Shown: piece after piece, positions 54,457 to 64,000 of the stretch | Layout of the letters: each line of letters begins with the position of its first letter | How positions within the stretch are numbered: the stretch's first letter is position 1 | Source of the DNA: Paraspadella gotoi | Taxonomy: Eukaryota > Animalia > Chaetognatha | Direction of reading: 5' to 3' | NCBI GenBank assembly: GCA_051294375.1 | Contig: CM119264.1 | Span: 23,506,858-23,570,857, forward strand | Length of the DNA: 64,000 nucleotides | Translations under genes and position numbers: made by a program | The notes under the pieces: model-generated | What the model saw: the letters and a program-made list of their open reading frames with translations, nothing else | What the model was told of the DNA's origin: nothing | Databases searched by the model: none

Positions 54457-57400
54457 ATGTGTGTAGATCGGAAAATTACAGGCGCAAACCACGCTCGAAG
54501 CGCGTGATCTATTTAAAATACCCCGGAGAAGAATATGATCACATCCAAGAGGAGAATTACGTAATTAAGAACCATACATTTTTTCCGCCACTACTAGAGG
54601 CTCTAGATAACTGTTTCTACTACTTTACTATTCGTGTCAGAAAACTGTGCATAAATACGCAAAGTTACATCGAAGGGTAATTCATTCGAATAATAAAAAA
54701 ACATTCGAAAAAGATCTCGCGATTGCATGCAAATGACAAGCAAAAAGCGCGAGATTATCTTTTTTTTTCTTTTAAAAATACCAAAATTACATGCTAACGC
54801 TCGCAGTAATACAGAATATAGATTCGAAAGATTAAAATTTCTCTGGTAATTATAAAGTAAAACGGATGACGTCATGTATGTTTAGTTAAATTTATATCAC
54901 CTTTGATAGCCAAGCAAGTTGATTTATAAGTATTTTTTATACTTCCATTTTAGTCAATTACGTACAAGCGCGGAAAAAAATCAGTTTTAAAGTTTTCTGA
55001 TGATGAAATGAGCAAAGTCTTGGCTTTCCGAGGAGTAAAACGAGAAAGCCATATGTAAACTCAACGTAGACAGTTAAAAATACACTGACGGTGAATAGGA
55101 TTACATCTACGTTACGTGCGTAGACCACAATCAGGCATCATGGTTCGCACTGGTTCACGTGCAAAGGAAAAATGTATGTAAAATCATCTAAAAGTTTATG
55201 AGTGACAATCCATATGACAAACCGTGTATGATATGCATTCTAAAAGAAGTTCAGCAATAGCTGAATAATAATAAAATTAAATAAAAAATATATCTTTTAA
55301 CAGGGTAACAGGAAGACATGCAATAGAAGGATATTAACTAACAACATTAGGCTCTACCTTCCGAAGGACGAAATCGAGAGTGCAGCTTAGTTTTTCTATT
55401 CAACTTCTACCAAAAGGGTTTGCCTTGTCACTGACACAAACAACATTCATGACTAGTTTCCAATGAGGTGAGTTTCAGTATTCGAGACGTCGGTCAAACT
55501 GCTCTAAGAGTTAGTAATGTAAACATGAGGAATAAAAAACGCATCAGTACTACACAGAAAATTTGAAATTACTCGAACGGTTGTTATGAAGAAAAAATGC
55601 ATATTTCGAGCTTATCGTTCACTAATAAGGATATTGGTCCGATTCGGATCGACACTGGCGAGTCATATCGGGCTTATAAAAAATAGTTTATGGATTGCAT
55701 ATTTATAAATATCGAAAATATTAGCCCCGACTGACTCCGGTAGTTCATAAAAGATAAAGATCTTCTACAGGAGTTCTAAGTAGGATGAGAAATGGGAACC
55801 CGGAAATGGGGAAAGGGGAGTGAGGTACGCCTAGTTAATCCTGGTCAATCTTTCTTTCATTCTCCTAAACTAAATCCGTTCTGTCTCTTTCATCGGCAAA
55901 GCAGAACTCTTCGCTTATCCGCACTTTCTCGCCGCCAGCGTCGACGTCGACCCGTCGGAAAACAAACACGACATCCTCCAGGACATAAAAGGCCTGACAG
56001 AGGTCTCCCTCGCAGAGATAAGGGAGCCGTGTTAGGGCCTCTAGAGCGAAGCCGATTGGCGCGAAAACATTGTCGACGAGCGAGTTGATCTGCTCCTCGA
56101 TCTCATCTCCGTCGACGAGGAGGCGTTCCTCCGGTTCCGGACTTAGCGGCCCGAACTCGACGTAGGGTGCGAAGGGTAGGACTAACGCTACAACCAGCCT
56201 TCCCTCCACTGGCTTTAGGCGAGCGCGGATCTGATGCAGCAACGCCAGCGGCTTCGAGCACCTGTCCAGCAGGTTCAGGCACGCGATGACGTCGTAATGC
56301 TGCGGCGCTTTGGCTTCGTCGTCGTCTTCGGTTCCTGAGTCCCAAGTAGAGGCGTCCAAAACGGTGTAACCTTTTTCTTTGAGGCGCCACTGCATGACGC
56401 GCGACGTCTCCGTGGCGTAAACACGGTCGAAATACGGCGCCATGTTGGCTGTTACTTCGCCGTCGCCGGCGCCGAGATCCAAGAGGCTGCCGAGGCGGAG
56501 CGGCGCTGCAGCGTCTGGCGGCGCGTCTTCGGCGGGCGGTCGGTGGGTCAAAGGGAGGCAGGGGCAGCGGTTAGCGAAAGCGCAGGCGCACGTGGCCGGC
56601 TTTTTTTCCGCCGATGTCGCGTGTAGCAGCTCGCCAAAGTGAGCCGTGCTGAAAACGAACATAGAACCGCGGCGGAGGAGACCGTTGATGGATGTTTTGG
56701 CCATGAACCAGTTGAGGACGGTTTGGGCGATTGAGTGGTACAGTTGGGTCAGGATCCAGTCGGACTTATCGTAGCAGTGTTCCAGAAAATTGGTCGTTTG
56801 CTCGTCTTGGTTTAGTTGAATCCATTTAGACTGGATGTGTTTACTAAACTTGACCGTATCGAGGTTGTACCTGAAATTGGTGTGATAGGGATTATAAAGT
56901 CATATTATTCACGCGCATGTTTCATAATTATATATAATAATTCTAAGACTTATTGCAATTTTTTTCTCACGGTCTTACCATTCTTCATGACCGCTGCATC
57001 GGTGTTCGGATTCGTGCATGAGTTTTCTGTACACAGCTTTGGCTAGGGGATTCCGGATGGCGGAAACGGGAGTTACGGGTGACACACTCATCATCGTCGT
57101 CAGAAAAACTACTACTAACATTAAAAGCGAAATGTTTGAAATGTTTGAAACAGTTTAAATTACACTTAATAAGTATGTTTATGATGAATATGATTATGTA
57201 TGGTTTCTGGATCTCAGCATTTTCTTTGAATAGCTCGTCGCAGAAAAACACCAATTGCCACTTCCGAACGTCAGACTGTTCATTTGTTTCAAATGAAACT
57301 TTAAAAAAAATTAGTAATAATATTCAATAATTGTAATAGAATGTTAGATTGTCAAAATGTCTTATTACAAAATTACAAGCAGCCTTTTTAAAATTATGGT

Positions 57401-60400
57401 TCACCTATATTTAAAAAAAAGACATCGGTTAAATATATTACATTATGAAAATGCTTTGGATATTATGATAAGTTGAAAAAAACAAAAGACAACCATTGTG
57501 ATGCACGCGTGCGGCTTTCTCGTTTCGCGTTCTACAGCCAAAGCTCCTCACCTCCATTCCTAGGTTCTAAAATCCTGGAAGGATATTAATTATTTTTCTG
57601 TTATTTTACCTCATGGCAAAATGCGGTAATTATTTCATTATTTGATAAACGAGCTTCAAAACCTAATTAATAATTAATTACATTACTTTATACTTAGTAA
57701 TTGTTGTGGGTTTGTTTTAAGGATCTTTCATTTTACAAGCCTTTGCTTGTGTCTTTACCTTGGTCCCGGATGGTTCACCGAAGCTCATCTCGCCGATCAG
57801 CATTTGCTGCAGAAGCCCGTTTCACTTCGCAGCGAGATAGAGGAGTGTCGTTCTGAGGGCCGTTACTATATCACGCCCAATTGCGTTGATCATCCTCAAG
57901 GATATGGCTGCGAGTGTGGTCCTGGCTATCGGTGGAACACGGCTGTCTGCGTCGCCTCCGCTGTCGATTCAAGGCTCGACTTTTTGGGTCTGTTTCATTA
58001 CGACTGAATTTCGAAAATATTAGTCTCTCAGTATTCACAATAGTTAAAAATCTAATCGACCTCAAGCCTGTAAAACTACTTATCTTACTATAGCATGTCA
58101 ACAGGAGTTTTAAAACTAATTTCTTTTTCTTTTTCTTTACTTTAGACGACGGAGAGCTGAAATACACGAAAATCCAAATCTCCCAAGATCACTTTTCTCG
58201 GTTCACGATTTCCGTTTGGCTCAAGTTATTCAAGCTGGACCATAACAGTACCATTCTCTCTTATAGAATGACTGAAGGTAAAAACTACAACTATAATGTA
58301 TTTTAAATTTTTTACACACCGTAAATGGATTTTATAATGATTATATTAAAGAGGGTAGAGAGGCGGAACCGGATTCGATCAAGATGTGGTATTGCGGAAC
58401 GCTGCACATCAAGATTCTGCAAGATTGGCGCAACACAGGAATAGTATTGGACGATTGGCAATGGCACCACGTCATTTGGTCTTGGCAAGGGCTAGGTCGC
58501 GGTTTTTTTTCGAAGCCTAAGATGACAACTACAACAACGTCGACCACTACAACGTCTACCACTACAAAAACGACGACCACTACAACGACGACGGCTGCTG
58601 TAATGACGACGACGATGACAAACACAATGATGAAAACGACAACAACGGACGAGGATCCTGAAAACGCGACCGCTCAGAAACTTCGCGGTCTCACGGCCAA
58701 CGATGGCCTTTTGTGGGAAACTCCACGCAAGCATCGCAAGCGCGCAGTCATGTCGTCTTTGAAGCGACGTTATGTGCGTGCCGTAGCGGCAAACGAGGCG
58801 ACGACGAAACGACGTCATGACTCCGGAATCTGGTCCGTTTACGTCAACGGTCGCCAACGCGCTCGCGGTCACGGCCTCGCAGGCGACCGTGTCATCGAGG
58901 GCAACGGTGAGCTGGTGCTAGGGCTGCCCTCCCGGGCCAAGGGAGTCAACGCCTTCGTGGACGAGGATTGGCGCCAGTTCGGTTTTATCGGCAGCCTCGC
59001 CCACGTCAACATCTGGAGCAAGCGGCTATCGAGGAAAAGGGTCTTGGAAATCTTTAAGGACTGCACCTTCATGCAGTGCGGAGATCTCGTCCAGTGGGTG
59101 GAGTTTCGCGAAGGAACCCGCGGCGCCAGCAGACTCAACTGGCCCTCAGGTGTCAAGAACGACTCTTGCTATACGGCTCTGCAACTGGCAGAGTCCTGCG
59201 ATGTTTACTGCACCTACAAAATTGGCGCCTTCTGTCGCGCCGAGTATAATGAGAACCTCTTCTGGCCTCACACTTCCTCCAGCCACGATCTCCCGCTTCC
59301 TTGTCCCGGAGCGAAGACGCTTTCTCGTCGCGAAAAGCGTCACACAATAGACCCGGCCAACTTTCATTTTACTCGCGAGGCGAACGAGGGGGCAGCACTG
59401 GCCTGGCGTTCTTGCCACGCAGGTCAAGACCCAATGAAGGGTCGCTGGGGAGAGTCGGACGTCGAAGGCTGTCTCTCGCGAGACGTCAAGCGGCTCAAGG
59501 ACGAAACTTTCGATGCGCTTCCCGCAGATTGGCCTGCCGACTTCGACGGTTCGACCGTCTTGGAAAGAGCTTACGATCTTTTTAACTTTACTGAATCTAA
59601 CACGGTCAACACCTCGACAGACGTCGCCGCGCTTATCAAGGTAGCCGCTCTCGTCGTCGCCGCTCAGGACGCGGCTCTGAGGGCTGCGCGCTCGGCGCGG
59701 GACGGCGGCGCCAAGTATCCCGACCCTAGCGACTGCAAAGACTTTTTCGTTCTCGTGGGGAAGACTCTCGACAACCTTATTGACAAGAAAAACATCCGAG
59801 CCTGGCGCATGACGAAGCCGCGAGGCGCTGAGGCGGCGCGTATCTTCCGTGTTTTTCGCTCTTTTTTCGAGGTCGTTCAAAAAGGTTTCTTGCTCCACCT
59901 TCACTCCGGCGCCATCGCCCTTCCCGACGCTTTTCGCTCATCCGCGGATGCCGTCTTTAACAACATCGACCTTCTCCTCCGAGTCTACGACGCCGACGCC
60001 TTTCGAGGCTTTAATTTCCCGGAAATGCCCATAACGGACGATGCCCATGCGTTACTTCTCGAACGTGACAAGACGCGGATCACCGTGGAGTCCACGGACC
60101 CGGCTCCGTCATTCCGTCAAGGCTTCTTGTTGTCATCCTCTCTTCAGCTAACGCCGGACCACGCCACGTTGCTACCCAATCACCAGGGCTTTGTCAAAGA
60201 GGACAACGTCAACTCACGGGTCGTGGCGCAGTTCCTCTATGCAGACGTCGACGGGGAGTTGACACCGGTGACTCTGGACGATCCGCTGGAAGTTAAGTTC
60301 CCTTACCTTGACGTCTTCAACATCTCTAATCCGGAGTGCGCCGCGCTCGAGCTGGGTGAATCGCCGGCCGCGACCGACTGGCTCTGGGACATGGACCAGC

Positions 60401-62871
60401 GGCGCTGCCGCGTCATCTCCAACACCTCGTCCGCCGTCTGGTGTGGCTGCAGCGAAGGAGGATTCTTTGTCGCCGTCACTGATATGTATAATATTCACTG
60501 GGATCGGGGCGAAAGAAAGAATCCTCTCGTGCAGGTTGGATTTTAGTTTTAAACTCAGTAAAGATCTTTTATCTTTTAATTAAAATTAAAATTAAAATCA
60601 TTCTTTCTGATTTCATCCTATTCCAGCTTCCCTCGTACTTGGGTTGCTCCATATCTGCGACCCTTTGCCTCTCGACGGCGGCCATGTTGTTTTATATGAA
60701 AACCGTTTCGACGACGGCGGCGATCCACAAGAACTTTGCGCTCACCATCGGTACTTTGCTTCACTCGGATTTTGAACATGTTTCGAAGAAAAATGTCACT
60801 TCTCTGTCACAATAACTGACACTTTGACTTTGCTATAAACTATTAACAATTCATTACGCAACTCTCTCTCCCCTCTCTCTCTCCCAGCCCTCGGGCAAAT
60901 CGTCTTCATGACCGGCATCAATCAATACCATTTGCCACAAGTCTGCCACTCGGTCGCCATCGTCATCCATTATTTCTTCCTTTCCACTTTTTTGTGGCTC
61001 ATGAACGAAGCCTTTAATCTCTACATCGTCATCACATATGCCGCTCATTCTCACGGCGAGCCGACGGAAGGCACATCGACTGTCAGATACTACGTCCTCG
61101 GTTTGATCTGTTGTTGTTGTTGTTTTTGATTTAATTTCTGTATTCCGAGTCGTTGTTCACTTAATTTTTTACTATATGTACGCTTCAAATATAAATGTTA
61201 ATCATAATAATAATAATCATATAATAATCATAATAATCAACCGTTGGGCTACTAATTGCTATCACCATAGGCATAGATATTATTATAATCATCATAATGA
61301 TTACATAGTCATCAACTACGTTATCATCGCCAGGCTGGATCCTCCCCATCGTGGTGGTGGGCGTGATCGCCGGCATCCACGGAGACGCCTACTACAGCTC
61401 GGAGATGTGCCTCATCAACCTGGAGCACTTTTGGTTCTTCGTTGGTCCTGTCGCCGGATTCGTCGTCATCTCCGCTCTGGTCATGATCGTCACTGCGAAG
61501 GAGCAGCACGAAAGCTCCTACTCTAAGAACGAAAAGGCCAACAAGGTGAATATCAGTAAAACATAAAATATAAATATATAAATACAAACTCTGAATATAT
61601 CAATGAATGCCATATTGGGTAACATATCCCTCCCAATCTTCAGGTCATACAAAATCACACCAAAGCCGTTTGGACCCAAATCATTTTGCTCTCCTCGGTT
61701 TGGACCTTCGTCATTCTCTCCATCAGAATGTTGGATGTTCTTATCAAATGGTTGTTTATGGTCTTCAATGTTTTGCAGGTGAACCACGTCGCCGACGACG
61801 ATATATACGATGACAATCAAAAGAAATATTGGCCAATTTGGTGACAGTTCATAGCAAGTAGTAACCAATATTAATAAGTAGATTCGATTTAATTGACAAA
61901 ATCGTTGGTGTAGCAATTCTAACCGTCTCGTCAACAACCACAACCTCCCACAGGGCACCTTCTTCTTCATCTTCTACTTCCTCCTCCACGAGGAAGTCCG
62001 AGCGGCACTGAAGGATCAACGGAAGTTCAGGCGAAACTTGGGTCTCATTGCCGGAGAGACGAGGCTCGAGTCAGAGTCAACTTCCGGGTCTGGATCCGGT
62101 GGATCGAGGTTCGAGATTAGGGTCTGAGTGAGCCATTGTCCTGGTCGTGGTTCTGCATCCGGTTGACTTAAGTTTAAATTTTGGCTTGAAATTCTACCTT
62201 GCCGGAAAAAATGGAGAAAACTTTACATTTTTATTGCGGAATTATAAATCCCCACTCTGCCTATGTCTTGCATTTTCTTTCTGAGTTCATCTTTTTCATC
62301 CTCCTTCACCTTATCTTGCAGTGACAGCTCCGACTCGTCCACCGGAGATGGCGCCGACTCTCTCGCCTCCCGCGAGGAGATAGAACTTCGCCCCAAGTGG
62401 ACCGACCGGAGCCCCTCGCGCGGTCGAGCCGCTTCGGCGAGCGCCAGCCCGGCTCGAGGGGCTCCTTTTTCCGCCGGCGCTAGCCCTGCCAGGGGCGGTT
62501 TCGCATCGATGGGTGCGAGTCCAGCTCATCGCGTCATTGGCGACCGGGATTGCCCGTCTCACGTACCGTCGGGGGCGTTAGCGGCGCCGGCGACAACCGC
62601 GCACAGTCACCTCAAAGTCCCGCAACCGCGATCCGGAAGAGCACCAACATCAGAGAACGTCGCAACTTCGACGACGACGACGACGACAGCAACGATGGCC
62701 GCGACGAAACCTAAAGATCGTTCCGGAAGAAAAAAATCGGTGACGCGACAAAAGTCGGTGGAGGGCGACTCGTTGCTTTTGTTGGAGAAAAGAAAATCGT
62801 CAAAGAAAAACAAAAAACTGTCAAATAAAACTCAGTCTGTGGAGGAAACAGACCGAGTGACGACTGTGTAA
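54457..62871 (+). CDS. Adhesion G-protein-coupled receptor (EGF - pentraxin/LamG - HormR-like - GAIN/GPS - secretin-type 7TM - PDZ-binding tail)
   Basis: EGF CVDHPQGYGCECGPGYRWNTAVC. Pentraxin FTISVWLK..WHHVIWSW..VYVNG..GELVLG..FIGSLAHVNIWS. HormR-like WPHT..LPCP..AWRSC..GRWGESDVEGC. 7TM SYLGCSIS, IHKNFA, VCHSVAIVIHYFFLSTFLWLMNEAFNLY, YYVLGWILP, FVGPV, FNVLQGTFFFIFYFLLHEEVR. Ends VTTV*. Exons from ~57830 are solid; the 54457-54560 and 57722 exons are tentative. Confidence 0.85.
55865..57094 (-). CDS. METTL9: Protein-histidine methyltransferase METTL9 (DREV); exons 57094-56979 and 56871-55865
   Basis: IRNPLAKAVY; EEWY; QDEQTTNFLEHCYDKSDW; TSINGLLRRGSMFVFS; LLDLGAGDGEVT; YATETS; YDVIACLNLLDRC; LVLPFAPYVE; TRLPYLCEGDLCQAFYVLEDVVFV. 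Confidence 0.95.
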
Positions 62872-63165
62872 ATTGCATGACAGTGATTGAAAACGAAAAG
62901 CAGCTCAAAATCACTCTCTTCCCCGTTTCTTGTTAGAGGGGGATTGTTGTGGGCGATGCCGACGGGCGCCGGCCGGGCTGAGAAAGCACGAGACCCTCTA
63001 CCGCGTAGACCACTATGTAATTAAATTAAACCTTATTTAAAGTGTTAAAAAGTTGATTTCACAAAGAAGCTAATTTTTTTTTTGTCCATGAATTATTGTT
63101 AATTTATATGAAATTGGTACAACCCATATAAAAATAAAAATTATCCATTCATTTAATGAATAAGC

Positions 63166-63345
63166 TCACATCCACCATCATTCAGCCAATCCCATTGGCT
63201 CTGAGTCCTAACGTTTTCCCTCTGCGTTGGCAAAGCGAGACCGTCATGGTAACCGCGACAGTAACATGAGGCGTCACTGGCCCCCAAAGCCAACAGTGAG
63301 ATGCCCCATCCCAATGGGCATCACAAGCAACCCGGCCGTTTCCAT
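63166..63345. mobile_element. Dispersed structured repeat, copy 3 (internally deleted), inserted in another AT-rich repeat
   Basis: Homologous to 18922-19173. Flanked by ATAAGCT / ATAAAGCT and by two parts of the repeat also seen at ~21450-21510 and ~46050-46115. Confidence 0.7.
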
Positions 63346-63720
63346 AAAGCTATCTCTTATCTTTATCTTTTATTTTATTAATTGAATTTTAAATTTATAA
63401 ATTTTATATTTATTTGATTCATTTAAAATGTTGAATGAACGAGAGAGTGAATCACTGCATGAATGCATGAAGCAACCCCTGTATTCGAAATCACGAGAGA
63501 CTAAAATAAATGAAATTGATGCAGAGAATAACTCAAAGCTGTTTGTTTCCCTTCGGTGCGCTTTTGTTTACTTTATTGTTATTTTCCCCAAGTGTCATTA
63601 CGGTATGTTAATTAAAAATAACGATTTAACGCTTCAAAATGTTTTGATTATATAAAAGTCATATTCATTTACAAACGCGATGTAAAAAAAACAGACGTGG
63701 AATCCTTCGATTAAAGTCCT

Positions 63721-64000
63721 TCAGGAAAAATTCTCTTCTCCAGCTTGGTTCTCAGCCATCACGCTTTCTATTGCAATTTCGTCATCGTCTTCTTCCTCTT
63801 CCTCTTCCTCCTCTCCTTCCTCCCCCTTTCTCCCTTCGTTCTCTTCGTCCTCTCTCGCCTCGCCTTCCTCCGCCTTCTCCCCGTTGTTGTTGTAGTTGTT
63901 GTTGTAGGCGAGGCGCCGCATGACTCGTTGCGCGGCGACGGCGATCTGTTGATCCGGCGCCGTTTCTAGTCGAGATCGCCACGCATCCGGAAGCGGCGTA
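63721..64000 (-). CDS. 3' end of an unidentified gene with an acidic C-terminal tail (continues beyond the window)
   Basis: GC-rich open frame ending EEEEEEEEDDDEIAIESVMAENQAGEENFS*, followed by AT-rich UTR-like sequence. Confidence 0.5.
   Translation of the reverse strand, partial: TPLPDAWRSRLETAPDQQIAVAAQRVMRRLAYNNNYNNNGEKAEEGEAREDEENEGRKGEEGEEEEEEEEDDDEIAIESVMAENQAGEENFS

Noticed and set aside
59146-59904. 252-aa antisense ORF, and similar antisense ORFs over WEE1
   Set aside because: Shadow frames of GC-rich coding exons with no independent motifs.

Overview
Eukaryotic (invertebrate metazoan-type) genomic DNA with AT-rich short introns, GC-richer exons, many microsatellites, N-gaps and some apparent uncorrected indels. 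Genes were reconstructed by manual splicing. In order: a kinase-less twitchin/MyBP/IGFN1-like Fn3-Ig protein (+), a CAP-Gly coiled-coil protein (-), PAXIP1/PTIP (-), WEE1 (-), GTPBP1 (+), a chitin-binding(CBM14)-EGFx6-F5/8C protein (+), an EGF-pentraxin-HormR-GAIN adhesion GPCR (+) that appears to host METTL9 (-) in an intron, and the 3' end of another gene (-). The most notable signal is two different tRNA-headed SINE-like elements (28.6 kb and 51.9 kb). Each carries a circularly permuted (type-P5) twister-ribozyme-like fold, and the pseudoknot bases covary between them. Other notable signals: a minimal Penelope-type hammerhead plus a decayed one; an insulin/relaxin A-chain-like motif inside a GC-AG intron; an inverted duplication trapping an antisense exon; a stop-containing micro-exon in GTPBP1; and a GPS motif lacking the cleavage residues. 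All calls are from reading the sequence only. No searches or folding programs were run.
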